From positions 17,851 to 49,850 of the forward strand of contig JAVYLC010000007.1 in NCBI GenBank assembly GCA_038741355.1: 32,000 nucleotides of DNA, read 5' to 3'. Below are positions 17,835 through 27,269 of the stretch, piece by piece. Numbering within the stretch: the first letter of the stretch is position 1; each line of letters begins with the position of its first letter. A program made the position numbers and the translations under genes. This stretch comes from Nitrososphaerota archaeon. Its GTDB lineage: Archaea > Thermoproteota > Nitrososphaeria_A > Caldarchaeales > Calditenuaceae. Under the pieces are notes generated by a model. The model saw only the letters and a list, made by a program, of their open reading frames with translations. It was not told the DNA's origin and made no database searches.

Positions 17835-20459
17835 ATGCCCAAAACTTATCTATTCGCCCTCATTACTTTCTCCAGACCTAGAATGCGCATCCTAACAGCA
17901 CTGATCCTCGCACTACTGCTAACAGTCACCCAGCTGTCCCTAATAGAAGTGTCTAATGGTCAGTCCGAGCTGCGTGGACCCGCAGCCGAGAGAATAATAT
18001 TCCGGGGGATAGGCTCGCAGGACATCGCAGACAGGGAGATAAAGGCGGGGAGGATAGATATATTCCTCTTCAACCTCAAGACAGAGGCCGCGCGCCGCCT
18101 AAGGGACGACCCATCGATTAAACTCATCGAAGCGCCTGCCACCATGTACTCCATATTGCTCAACCCTGCTCCGGCTCCAAGCGGCCAGCTCAACCCATTC
18201 TCCATCAGAGAGGTTCGACAGGCCATGCAGTATCTCGTGAATAGGGATGAGGTTGTCTCGGTCATCTTCAAGGGGATGGCCCAGCCCATGTACTCTTTCG
18301 TCAGCCCCTTCGACCTAGACTACGTCACAGTCTTCGAGGATGTTAAGTCTCTGGGGATACGCTACGACCCCGACTATGCGCGGTCCCTGATAACCGAGGC
18401 TATGAGGAGGGCTGGTGCTGAGCTCTTGGATGGTGTCTGGAGATTTGGTGGGAAGGAGATCTCCCTGAAGCTGATTTACAGGTCTGAGGATGAGAGAAGA
18501 GAGATTGGTGAAATGCTTAGGAATGAGTTGGAGAGACTTGGGTTTAGGGTTGAGCCCATATTGCTGGAGTTTGGTCCCGCTGTTGAGCGGGTATACTCTA
18601 GGGACCCGGCTGCCTTTGACTGGCACATCTACACTGAGGGCTGGGGGAGAGGGGGCGCCGCGCGATACGAGGCAGGGAGCATAAACCAGTTCTGCGCCCC
18701 CTGGCTCGGCAGCATGCCTGGCTGGAGGGAGGTTGGGTTCTGGCAGTACGAGAACTCCACCCTTGACGAGCTTGGGCAGAGACTCTTCAAGGGAGACTAC
18801 AGGAGCAAGGAGGAGCGCGACGAGCTCTTCAGGAGGATGACGCGACTCTGCATCCAAGAGTCAGTCAGGGTTTGGGTTGCTACAGCCATCAGCGTCTTTC
18901 CCACAAGCCCATCCGTCACCCCATTAATCCTCGACATAGTGGGAGGCCCACGCTCAGTCTACACCCTCAGGGAGAGCCTGAACAAGGAGCGCAGCGATAA
19001 GAGCCTAGTAGTAGGCCATCTCTGGGTCGAGCCACCTGGAGGAAGGAGCGCGTGGAACCCAGTAGGCGGCTTCGGTGACGTCTACAGCGTAGACATTTAC
19101 CGCAATATCGTTGACCCGCCTCTTGCCCGCCACCCCTTCTCCGGCAGGCCAATACCCTTCAGGGCTGACTTCAGAGTCGAGGTCTCCTCTCCGCAGCCCA
19201 CGGTACAGGTTCCGGCCGACGCCTTCATATGGGATGCACAATCGGGCGGGTGGCGTATAGTCGGTGCAGGAGCCACGGCCAAGAGCAAGGTAGTCTACGA
19301 CTTCTCGAAATATATCGGCGCAAAGTGGCATCACGGCCAGCCGATAACGTGGGCAGACATACTATACCCCATCTACCAGGCCTTCGACATAGCCTACAAC
19401 GAGCGGAAGAGCAGGATAGAGACGGCGATAGCCGTGACATCACGCCCATACCTCGAAACCTTCAAGGGCTTCAGGATACTCGAAGGGTCTAAGCTCGAGG
19501 TCTACGTGGACTACTGGCACTTCGAGCCCGAAATTGTCGCGGAGTACGCCATCCCAACCTCTGTCTTAATGCCTTGGGAGGTACTCCTCGCCATGGATGT
19601 CCTCGTCTTCGATAAGAGGCAGGCCGCCTACACAGACACGGCCGCGGCCCGATTCAACCCCGAGCTCGGATGGATAAACCTTGTAAAGGAGCGTGTATCG
19701 AGACACTTGGCTGAAGTGGTTTTAAGCGAGTTTCTATCCTCCAAGTTTTTGCCTGAGAAAGTGCTCAGCATTGATGGTGTTTACCAAGTAGGATGGGGCG
19801 AGGCTGAATCTAGGTATCGAGCGTCCATAGAGTGGTTTAGAAAGTATAGGCACCTAGTGATTGGTCAGGGGCCGTTCATATTGGCAAGGTTTGATGGGCC
19901 GAGCCAGACGGCTGAGCTGGTCGCCTTCAGAGACCCAACATACCCGCTTAGCCCCGGCAGGTGGTCAGAATTCACTCAGCCCCCACAGCTCACCCTCACC
20001 TCAACCATCCAAGGAGAGTTAAACACCCTGACAGGCGGGACAATAACTCTCAGACTCAACGCCCCACAAGGGACCAAAGTGAGATACCTCATACAAGACG
20101 CATCACGAGCCGAGATATTTGCCATCGGCGACGCCACACCCGTCGATGGAGGAGCCTACGAGATCAAAATCCCAGCCGAGGCCTCATCCAAGCTAAGACC
20201 TGGACTCTACAAGCTCTCAATTGTAGCCTACAACCCCGACGAGGTTGGAACCGTGCTGGAGGTTGAGAGCGACATCCGAGTGACAGCTGGGGAGACCGTG
20301 ACTACGAGGGAAATTACTACGCGGACCCAGCAGACGATGACTACAGCGACAGGTGCTCCCGAGACGCAGCTGCCAACTTTTCTATACGGCGGCGCTGCAG
20401 TGGTCGTTGCTGTGGCTTTGGTTCTAGTAGTTGTGTTGTTGAGGCGTAGGGGGAGGTAG
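17835..20459 (+). CDS. ABC transporter substrate-binding protein, family 5 (peptide/oligosaccharide type), with an extra C-terminal domain, Thr-rich stalk and TM anchor
   Basis: 874 aa. Signal/TM segment ILTALILALLLTVTQL. Family-5-like core (NPFSIREVRQAMQYLVNRDEVV etc.). A C-terminal roughly 130-aa beta-rich region, then TVTTREITTRTQQTMTTATG, then TM AAVVVAVALVLVVVLL followed by RRRGR. The start is ATG 17835 or, more likely, the in-frame ATG 17883 (MRILTAL..). Confidence 0.8.
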   Translation: MPKTYLFALITFSRPRMRILTALILALLLTVTQLSLIEVSNGQSELRGPAAERIIFRGIGSQDIADREIKAGRIDIFLFNLKTEAARRLRDDPSIKLIEAPATMYSILLNPAPAPSGQLNPFSIREVRQAMQYLVNRDEVVSVIFKGMAQPMYSFVSPFDLDYVTVFEDVKSLGIRYDPDYARSLITEAMRRAGAELLDGVWRFGGKEISLKLIYRSEDERREIGEMLRNELERLGFRVEPILLEFGPAVERVYSRDPAAFDWHIYTEGWGRGGAARYEAGSINQFCAPWLGSMPGWREVGFWQYENSTLDELGQRLFKGDYRSKEERDELFRRMTRLCIQESVRVWVATAISVFPTSPSVTPLILDIVGGPRSVYTLRESLNKERSDKSLVVGHLWVEPPGGRSAWNPVGGFGDVYSVDIYRNIVDPPLARHPFSGRPIPFRADFRVEVSSPQPTVQVPADAFIWDAQSGGWRIVGAGATAKSKVVYDFSKYIGAKWHHGQPITWADILYPIYQAFDIAYNERKSRIETAIAVTSRPYLETFKGFRILEGSKLEVYVDYWHFEPEIVAEYAIPTSVLMPWEVLLAMDVLVFDKRQAAYTDTAAARFNPELGWINLVKERVSRHLAEVVLSEFLSSKFLPEKVLSIDGVYQVGWGEAESRYRASIEWFRKYRHLVIGQGPFILARFDGPSQTAELVAFRDPTYPLSPGRWSEFTQPPQLTLTSTIQGELNTLTGGTITLRLNAPQGTKVRYLIQDASRAEIFAIGDATPVDGGAYEIKIPAEASSKLRPGLYKLSIVAYNPDEVGTVLEVESDIRVTAGETVTTREITTRTQQTMTTATGAPETQLPTFLYGGAAVVVAVALVLVVVLLRRRGR

Positions 20460-21505
20460 TGGGCGTAGCGCGTGTGCTGGTTGCTAGGGCGGCCTCGCTG
20501 GGCCTCGTCCTGTTAGTGGTAATCGCCGTACTCGTAGCAATACTTGGTGCGAGCGGATTCTCCGAGCGGGTCATAACAGCAACGATAAACGAGGAGTTGA
20601 GAAACCTGAGACAGACGCTGGCACAGCGCATAACAGACCCTACAGAGCTCGAGAACGTCTTAGCGGCGCGGAGACAGGAGCTGGTGGAGTCCTATGGCTT
20701 GGACAAGCCATGGTACTATAGGCTTCCTGACCTTATCCGCCGGGTCGTCCTCCTTGACCTAGGCGAGTCAAGGGTTATTGAGGGATTCAGTGGGAGCAGA
20801 AAAATCAGCGACATCGTAATGGAGCGAATTCCCTTCACAATAATGCTAGTTACATCTGCCGTTACGATATCGACGCTTGCCGGGATCTATATCGGCCTCA
20901 AACTGGCCCTAAACCCGGGAAGCCGGATAGATAGGATAGCTGTCTATCTAGCCGCGATATCGAACGGCCTCCCCAGCTGGTGGACCGGAATAATACTCCT
21001 ACTCATTTTCGTATACTATGTGAGACTGCTTCCACCCGGCGGGGTTATGAGCTCACCGCCACCCATTGAGCCGCACCTCATAGTGCTTGATATCTTGTGG
21101 CACTCGATACTACCACTCACAACACTCGTGGCAGTAAGTATAGGACCATCAATCTATGCGGCAAGGACTGTAGTCTTGAATGTGGCACAGGAGGACTTCG
21201 TAGTAGCCGCAAAGGCTAGAGGGCTACCCGAGAACATCTTAATACGGAGACACATCATGAGAACCGCCGCACCGCCGATCATAACGATAGTCGTCTTCAG
21301 CCTAGCGGGCTCCCTCGGAGGCGCAATACTCACCGAGACAATATTTAACTGGCCTGGTATGGGTAGGCTCTACTATGACGCGGTTGTGAGGGGAGACGAG
21401 GCGATAATAATAGCTCTGACCTACATGTATGGCCTAATCTACGTCGCCGCAAGACTCCTCCTTGAGTCCCTCTACCTTATACTCGACCCTCGGGTCCGAT
21501 ACTGA
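20459..21505 (+). CDS. ABC transporter permease (DppB/OppB-like)
   Basis: 348 aa. Multi-pass membrane protein with an EAA-type loop AAKARGLPENILIRRHIMRTAAPPIIT. The GTG start overlaps the binding-protein stop (TAGTG). Confidence 0.85.
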   Translation: MGVARVLVARAASLGLVLLVVIAVLVAILGASGFSERVITATINEELRNLRQTLAQRITDPTELENVLAARRQELVESYGLDKPWYYRLPDLIRRVVLLDLGESRVIEGFSGSRKISDIVMERIPFTIMLVTSAVTISTLAGIYIGLKLALNPGSRIDRIAVYLAAISNGLPSWWTGIILLLIFVYYVRLLPPGGVMSSPPPIEPHLIVLDILWHSILPLTTLVAVSIGPSIYAARTVVLNVAQEDFVVAAKARGLPENILIRRHIMRTAAPPIITIVVFSLAGSLGGAILTETIFNWPGMGRLYYDAVVRGDEAIIIALTYMYGLIYVAARLLLESLYLILDPRVRY

Positions 21506-21552
21506 CGCCACATCGCAAGAAATATTAACCCGTAAAAACCCACGATATAGGC

Positions 21553-22155
21553 ATGGACAGTCTCAGGGATGCCAAATACCTCGGAGGCATCGGCTCAATA
21601 CTAATGCTGTTATTACTGGCCCCAAATGTGGGCTTCATACTCTACATCGTAGGGCTAGTGCTCGTCGCGATAGCTGTGAAAAAAATCGCTGACGCGGTGG
21701 GCGACTCATCAATATTCAACAATATGCTGATCTCAATCATATTAGTGATAGTGGGCGGGGCGGTTGGTGCGGCTGTTGGCTTTGCCCTCGGCCTGGCAAG
21801 CTTCGCTCAAATCTTCTCAAGGGTCTTCACTGGCGAGGGTCTGCCGACAGAATTTACAGAGCCTGAAGCATTTCAACTATTTTGGGGAATATTTATCGCA
21901 GTTTTCGCCGCACTATTAGTCGTCTGGGTCTTTTCTATAGTGTCCAGCATCTTCCTTAGGAAGAGTTATAGTTCTATATCTAAGAGGCTTGGCGCCGGCC
22001 TCTTTGCCACAACTGGTCTTCTCTATCTTATAGGGGCTGCATTGGCGATAGTTCTGATAGGATTTGTAATTTTGCTCGTAGCAGTTATAGTTCAGATAGT
22101 TGCCTTCTTCACTCTTCCTGAACAACCACCTACACCCCTGAGCCAGACCATCTAA
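21553..22155 (+). CDS. Archaeal integral membrane protein, DUF996-like
   Basis: 200 aa, four or more hydrophobic helices. The N-terminus AKYLGGIGSILMLL..VAIAVKKIADAVGDSSIFNN resembles my memory of the DUF996 family. AAATATTAA lies 24 nt upstream of the ATG, suggesting its own promoter. Confidence 0.5.
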   Translation: MDSLRDAKYLGGIGSILMLLLLAPNVGFILYIVGLVLVAIAVKKIADAVGDSSIFNNMLISIILVIVGGAVGAAVGFALGLASFAQIFSRVFTGEGLPTEFTEPEAFQLFWGIFIAVFAALLVVWVFSIVSSIFLRKSYSSISKRLGAGLFATTGLLYLIGAALAIVLIGFVILLVAVIVQIVAFFTLPEQPPTPLSQTI

Positions 22156-22201
22156 GCCCACTAGCTGCGAAAAGCCAATATGAGACACGCAGTCTATCTA
22201 T

Positions 22202-23239
22202 ATGCTGATGGCTAAAGAGCTCCCACACCCTACACACTTCGACCCATCTCAGGCAGACAAGATCTGGCGCGTCCCCTACCAGCAGAGGGCTGCTGAGGCC
22301 ATGGAGTGGCGGAGGAGGCACTCCATCAAGCCCGCCTCCGCCGACGAGTTCAGAATATGCCTGATACTCATAGATGTTCAGAACACCTTCTGTATGCCTG
22401 GGTTTGAGCTCTTTGTGGCGGGAACCTCCGGCAGGGGTGCGGTGGAGGACTGCCAGAGAATGGCGTCATTCATCTATCGGAACCTCCCCTTCATAACCGG
22501 AATAGTCGCCACTATGGATACACACCAGGCTTACCAGATTTTTCACTCAGTTTTCTTCGAGGATGAGGATGGAAAACATCCCGACCCCTACACCCGCATA
22601 ACTGTTGACGACATTAGGGAAGGCAGGTGGAGGGTCTCCGCAGAGGCTGCAAAAACAATTGGGATAAGCCACGGGTACCTGCAATCTTATGTGAGACACT
22701 ATGTGGAGACACTGGAGAAGAGTGGGAAGTATGAGCTCACAGTTTGGCCATTTCACGCGATGCTGGGTGGAATAGGCCACTCACTCGTCCCGCTCGTAGA
22801 AGAAGCCGTGTTCTTCCACGCAATAGCGCGGGCATCTCAGCCTGTTATAAGGACGAAGGGCTTCTCCCCCCTTACAGAGCACTACTCGGCGCTAGGGCCT
22901 GAGGTGAAGCGGGGGCCCAGTGGAGAGGTGATAGGGGAGAGAGATGAACAGCTCATAAACCTGCTTCTCTCCTACGACGCCCTCATAATTGCGGGTGAGG
23001 CCAAGAGCCACTGTGTCGCTTGGACTGTCTCAGACCTGATAGATGTTGTAAAGGAGAGAAGACCCGGGCTCGTCTCCAGAATATACCTGCTCGAGGACTG
23101 TACTTCGCCTGTGGTGGTTCCGGGCGTTGTGGACTATTCGCTTGAGGCAGACCTCGCCTTCAAAAGGTTTGCAGAGATAGGGGCTCACATTGTGAGATCA
23201 ACAGAGACCTTGGAGAGCTGGCCAGATATGAAAGTGTAG
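22202..23239 (+). CDS. Isochorismatase-like cysteine hydrolase family protein (long form)
   Basis: 345 aa. ICLILIDVQNTFC (the DxQNxF motif) and GEAKSHCVAWTVSD (nucleophile Cys context) are typical of the isochorismatase/nicotinamidase fold. It has unusually long N-terminal and internal extensions. Confidence 0.6.
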   Translation: MLMAKELPHPTHFDPSQADKIWRVPYQQRAAEAMEWRRRHSIKPASADEFRICLILIDVQNTFCMPGFELFVAGTSGRGAVEDCQRMASFIYRNLPFITGIVATMDTHQAYQIFHSVFFEDEDGKHPDPYTRITVDDIREGRWRVSAEAAKTIGISHGYLQSYVRHYVETLEKSGKYELTVWPFHAMLGGIGHSLVPLVEEAVFFHAIARASQPVIRTKGFSPLTEHYSALGPEVKRGPSGEVIGERDEQLINLLLSYDALIIAGEAKSHCVAWTVSDLIDVVKERRPGLVSRIYLLEDCTSPVVVPGVVDYSLEADLAFKRFAEIGAHIVRSTETLESWPDMKV

Positions 23240-23292
23240 AGTCGGGGCGAGAATGTGTATTTAAGGTGGCTTTTATTTGAGTCCTTGGATAC

Positions 23293-24027
23293 ATGGAGCT
23301 CTGGGTCTCGATTGACCTCCTCGAGGGTCGTGTAGTCAGGCTGATAAAAGGAGACTTAGGAAACATGTTCGTTTACTCTAACAGCCCCGCGTACGTAGCG
23401 AGCCAGCTGGCCTCTACAGAGATAGATGGAATCCACGTAGTGGACATCGACGCGGCTCTGAATAGGGGGGACAACACGAAGGTTTTAGAAGAGATAGTGA
23501 GAAATGCTAAAGGTAAGGCAATACAGGTTGGCGGCGGTCTCCGGACTAGGGTGCGGGTTGAAAAAGTCTTTCAGATCGGAGTTGATAGGATAGTTATTGG
23601 GACCATCTTATTTAAGAATAGGGAGTTGGTCAAGGAGCTTGTAAGAGATTACGGACCCGAGAGGCTCGTCGCAGCACTAGACTTCAACAGAGAGGGCATA
23701 GTCTACGAGGGGTGGAGCATGACAAGCCTCATGCGCGTTGAGGAGGGGTTCAGACTCGTCGATGACCTCTCACTAAAATATATTTTGATGACGTCTGTCG
23801 AGAGGGATGGCACTCTGGAGGGACCGGACTTGAGATTTTTTGAGAAGATTCCATCTGAGAGAAGGGGGTCGATCTACGCTAGTGGAGGCGTCACCACGCC
23901 GCGCGAGGTTAAGATGCTGTCAAGCATCGGCTACAGAGGAGTGGTACTAGGCAGGGCCTATTATGAGAAGCTAGCACCGATTAGGGATTATATCAAGGCC
24001 GCTAAAGGTGTAGCGGGTGCTGGCTAA
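23293..24027 (+). CDS. hisA: ProFAR isomerase HisA
   Basis: 244 aa. IDLLEGRVVRLIKGD, QVGGGLR, ASGGVTT. It overlaps the hisF start. Confidence 0.85.
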   Translation: MELWVSIDLLEGRVVRLIKGDLGNMFVYSNSPAYVASQLASTEIDGIHVVDIDAALNRGDNTKVLEEIVRNAKGKAIQVGGGLRTRVRVEKVFQIGVDRIVIGTILFKNRELVKELVRDYGPERLVAALDFNREGIVYEGWSMTSLMRVEEGFRLVDDLSLKYILMTSVERDGTLEGPDLRFFEKIPSERRGSIYASGGVTTPREVKMLSSIGYRGVVLGRAYYEKLAPIRDYIKAAKGVAGAG

Positions 24028-24784
24028 GAGAGTTATACCGTGTCTTGACGTTCACCATGGGGTTGTTGTGAAAGGTGTCTCATTCAGGGAGCTTCAGACT
24101 GCTGGAGACCCTGTAGCTTTAGCTGCAAGATATGTGGAGGATGGCGCGGATGAACTGGCTCTACTGGACATCTCGGCCTCGATTGAAGGTAGGGAAACAT
24201 TCATCGACGTAGTGCGTAAAGTAGCCTCGGAGATAAACATACCATTCACCGTTGGTGGAGGGGTTAGAAACTCAGAGGACGCCTACAAGATACTTGCAAA
24301 CGGTGCGGACAAGGTGGCTGTAAATACCGCGGCCATCCAAAATCCAATCATCATCACAGAGATATCGAAGAGGTTTGGTGCACAGTGCGCCGTACTGGCG
24401 ATCGATGGTAAGCGAGAATATAGTTCGGGTAAAGCCTGGTTCCAGGTTTACAGCCACAGCGCTACTAAGCCGACAGGGCTGGATGCCGTGGATTGGGCTG
24501 TACGCGGAGAGGAGCTTGGTGCAGGGGAGATACTGCTCACATCGATCGATCAAGACGGTAAGAGGACTGGATACGACACAGAGCTACTACGCCGCGTATC
24601 TAGTGCCGTCTCTATACCAGTGATTGCCAGCGGAGGAGCTGGTGATCTCAGACACTTTCTAGAGGCCGTTAAACTCGGTGGTGCGGACGCCGTTCTAGCC
24701 GCCTCTGTCTTCCACTACGGTGTCTACACGATCAGACAGGTGAAAGAATATTTAAAGACACACGGTGTCGAAGTTAGGCTATGA
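24017..24784 (+). CDS. hisF: Imidazole glycerol phosphate synthase cyclase subunit HisF
   Basis: 255 aa. MLAKRVIPCLDV, PFTVGGGVR, VNTAA, VIASGGAG. GTG start. Confidence 0.9.
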   Translation: MLAKRVIPCLDVHHGVVVKGVSFRELQTAGDPVALAARYVEDGADELALLDISASIEGRETFIDVVRKVASEINIPFTVGGGVRNSEDAYKILANGADKVAVNTAAIQNPIIITEISKRFGAQCAVLAIDGKREYSSGKAWFQVYSHSATKPTGLDAVDWAVRGEELGAGEILLTSIDQDGKRTGYDTELLRRVSSAVSIPVIASGGAGDLRHFLEAVKLGGADAVLAASVFHYGVYTIRQVKEYLKTHGVEVRL

Positions 24785-25131
24785 GCAGCCCAGAGAAGGT
24801 GTCAGTATCAGACCTCGACTTCTCAAAACTGGGGGGCTTGGTAAGCGTCATAGTTCAGGACTACGAGACGAGGGAGATTCTGATGTTCGCTCACGCTGAT
24901 AGGGAGGCGATAGAAAGAACCATCCGCGAAGGGCTCGCATACTTCTTTAGTAGGTCGAGAAGAAAGCTATGGCTTAAAGGCGAGACCTCAGGAAACTACA
25001 TGAGGGTTGTGGAGATACTGGTGGACTGTGACGGCGACGCAGTCATTTACCGTGTTATCCCAAAGGGGCCTGCATGCCACCTAGGTAGCCGAACATGCTT
25101 CACTAGACTCTTGCCTATTGAAACTGTATAA
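24781..25131 (+). CDS. hisI: Phosphoribosyl-AMP cyclohydrolase HisI
   Basis: 116 aa. LWLKGETSGNYMRVVEILVDCDGDAVIYRV..GPACHLGSRTCF. ATGA overlap with the hisF stop. Confidence 0.9.
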   Translation: MSSPEKVSVSDLDFSKLGGLVSVIVQDYETREILMFAHADREAIERTIREGLAYFFSRSRRKLWLKGETSGNYMRVVEILVDCDGDAVIYRVIPKGPACHLGSRTCFTRLLPIETV

Positions 25132-25179
25132 CTGGGTTAAGTAGATATAGTAGATGCGGAATAAATAGACCTGATACCG

Positions 25180-25605
25180 ATGGTCCGACAAGTTGATTTC
25201 AAGTCAGCCCCTATAGATCCGGACTTTTCCAAGAAGTTCCCAAAAACGGGCGAGCACCACGGTCACGCCGTATGGGCTGAGGGAGTGGAGAGGCCAGATG
25301 GTGAAGGAAAGCCATACCCAACGAGGCTGGGAATCCACGGCACTGCTGTAGCGGTTGATTTCGATTGCTGTATCGCGGACGGAGCATGTATGGATGTCTG
25401 CCCTGTAAATGTCTTTGAATGGTTCCTGAACCCCGGCTATTCAGGCACGGGGAAGGACAGGGTCATTGACCCGGATAAGGACAAGGAGCTATGGGAGAAG
25501 TATAGGACGGATAAGTCAGACCCCGTTAGAGAGTCTGATTGCATCTTCTGTATGGCCTGCGAGTCTGCATGCCCTGTCCAAGCGATAAAGATAACACCGC
25601 CATAG
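25180..25605 (+). CDS. Zinc-containing dicluster ferredoxin (Sulfolobus type) with extended N-terminus and an inter-cluster insertion
   Basis: 141 aa. GEHHGHAVW..GIHGTAVAVDFDCCIADGACMDVCPVNVFEW ... DCIFCMACESACPVQAIKITPP parallels the Sulfolobus zinc ferredoxin as I remember it (His-rich N-terminal zinc site plus two Cys cluster motifs). Confidence 0.85.
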   Translation: MVRQVDFKSAPIDPDFSKKFPKTGEHHGHAVWAEGVERPDGEGKPYPTRLGIHGTAVAVDFDCCIADGACMDVCPVNVFEWFLNPGYSGTGKDRVIDPDKDKELWEKYRTDKSDPVRESDCIFCMACESACPVQAIKITPP

Positions 25606-25617
25606 AAACACAAGTAA

Positions 25618-25622
25618 TTTTT
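25618..25622 (+). terminator. Oligo-T tract (TTTTT) just after the ferredoxin stop; possible archaeal terminator
   Basis: AATTTTTCG lies 13 nt after the stop codon. Archaeal termination commonly uses T-runs. This is weak evidence. Confidence 0.3.
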
Positions 25623-25674
25623 CGAGGACCCTCTCCGAGCCTCTTTAAAGACTTGTTTTCTAATAATTTCGATT

Positions 25675-26094
25675 TTAGTCTCCTGTGATGGTCACAAGGA
25701 TTCGCCTTTCCCTCGCGCGTGTGTCTAACTCAATTAGGACGAGCTGCTGCCAAGTCCCCGTTGTTAAAGAGCCGTTTCTGATAGGGACGCAGAGGGAGGG
25801 GCCGACTATCGAGGCTCTGATGTGGGAGTGGCCGTTATCATCCCCCCACCTCTCATGGTGCTTGTAGTAGGCATTTTTTGGCGCAATCCGCTCCAATGCC
25901 GCCCGGATGTCCTCTATAAGCCCCGGCTCATACTCCATGGTCGTTAGGGCCGCAGTAGAGCCGATAACATAGAGGTGGGCGATACCATTTTTCACGCCTG
26001 ACCGCTCAACGTAGCCCTCAACCCGCTCGGTTATGTTCACGACATCGTTTTCGCCCCTCGTCCTAACCACTATCTCGCCAGTGTAGGTTGGCAT
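25675..26094 (-). CDS. YjbQ/UPF0047 family protein (secondary thiamine-phosphate synthase-like)
   Basis: 139 aa. VVNITERVEGYV, GIAHLYVIGSTAALTTMEYEPGL, NGHSHIRASIVGPS, LTTGTWQQLVLIELDTRARERRILVTITG, the characteristic UPF0047 pattern. Confidence 0.8.
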   Translation of the reverse strand: MPTYTGEIVVRTRGENDVVNITERVEGYVERSGVKNGIAHLYVIGSTAALTTMEYEPGLIEDIRAALERIAPKNAYYKHHERWGDDNGHSHIRASIVGPSLCVPIRNGSLTTGTWQQLVLIELDTRARERRILVTITGD

Positions 26095-26131
26095 CCCCGA
26101 GCCAGAAAACTTCTAGAGTGGTCTATAATTC

Positions 26132-27082
26132 TTATCCTGAGCCATATCTCTCCCGGAGCTCGCCGCTCGGCAGAAACAGTTTCTCAAGTTCAGCATATCT
26201 TCTGATGCCTGCGAATTCGTGGAGGTTCTCAAAGGGTGTGCCTTCGATCTCAGATTCGAGGCGCCAGTGGGCTTCCTCCATCTCCTCCGCCAGCGCCTTC
26301 ATATACTTCCAGACAGAGACCAGCTCGGCCTGGAGACCACCCATGCTCACCAGTAGGATCTTATACCCCATACTGGCCACCTCCTTGAAACGCAGCCTCC
26401 ACCTACTCTTGGACCACTTGAAGGAGGAGGAGTAGTTGAAGAGGAGTGGGAGGCCGGGGTGCTCGGCCAAGACCCTTTCTGCAAAGATTTTTGCGGCCTC
26501 GTCGTCGGGCGATCTGAACTCCGCCCAGACCACATCGGCTCCAGCGTCAGCATATGCTATCCCCCTCCAAACAGCCTCTTCAACTGTCCCGCCCTCGGAC
26601 CCCAAAACATCAGTCCTAGCGATTATGACCATGTCCCTATCCACTTCATCCCGCGCCCTTAGAATCGATTTCATCTTCAACAACGCTTCATCAAACGGAA
26701 GGACTAGTTTGCCAGCGAGGTGTCCGCATCTCTTAGGAAACCTCTGATCCTCCACATGTATCCCAGCAACACCAATCCTCGCGAACTCCTCCACAGTCCT
26801 AGTGGCCGTCACCGCGTTCCCATAGGCATCGTCAGCATCCGAGATCACCGGCTTCCCGACAGCCCGCGAAATCATTCCTACAAAGTTCACCATGTCCGTG
26901 AGGTTGAGGAACCCGATATCAGGCCTGAGCAGATATCCTATCGAACAAGAGTAGCCGCTGACGTAGATGCAGTTGTGCCCGGCTAACTCAGCTAGCCGGG
27001 CCTGGACAGGTGTATATACTCCAGCGGTAAAGACTAGGCCGTCGCCCTTTAGCAGGCCTCTCAAAAGTCGGCCGGCCGACAT
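26132..27082 (-). CDS. Isocitrate lyase / PEP mutase superfamily protein (methylisocitrate lyase / carboxy-PEP mutase-like)
   Basis: 316 aa. DADDAYGN, GIHVEDQRFPKRCGHLAGK (K-[KR]-C-G-H signature), IIARTD. It has a C-terminal extension of about 60 aa. The exact activity cannot be determined by eye. Confidence 0.75.
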   Translation of the reverse strand: MSAGRLLRGLLKGDGLVFTAGVYTPVQARLAELAGHNCIYVSGYSCSIGYLLRPDIGFLNLTDMVNFVGMISRAVGKPVISDADDAYGNAVTATRTVEEFARIGVAGIHVEDQRFPKRCGHLAGKLVLPFDEALLKMKSILRARDEVDRDMVIIARTDVLGSEGGTVEEAVWRGIAYADAGADVVWAEFRSPDDEAAKIFAERVLAEHPGLPLLFNYSSSFKWSKSRWRLRFKEVASMGYKILLVSMGGLQAELVSVWKYMKALAEEMEEAHWRLESEIEGTPFENLHEFAGIRRYAELEKLFLPSGELRERYGSG

Positions 27083-27269
27083 ATAGTCGTATAGAGTGGC
27101 TGGGCTTAAAAAAGGTTTACATCACCGCCAAGACACTGCCCGGATAAGATGAGTTTCCTTTCCCAAAAACCTCTAGCCTGAAGTTTAGGGTGTTTAAAGA
27201 GTTATCTTGTCACCATAGCTGGTTGAGTCGTCAACTTTTTATACAAATTGCAAGAGGGTCGGTAATGAG

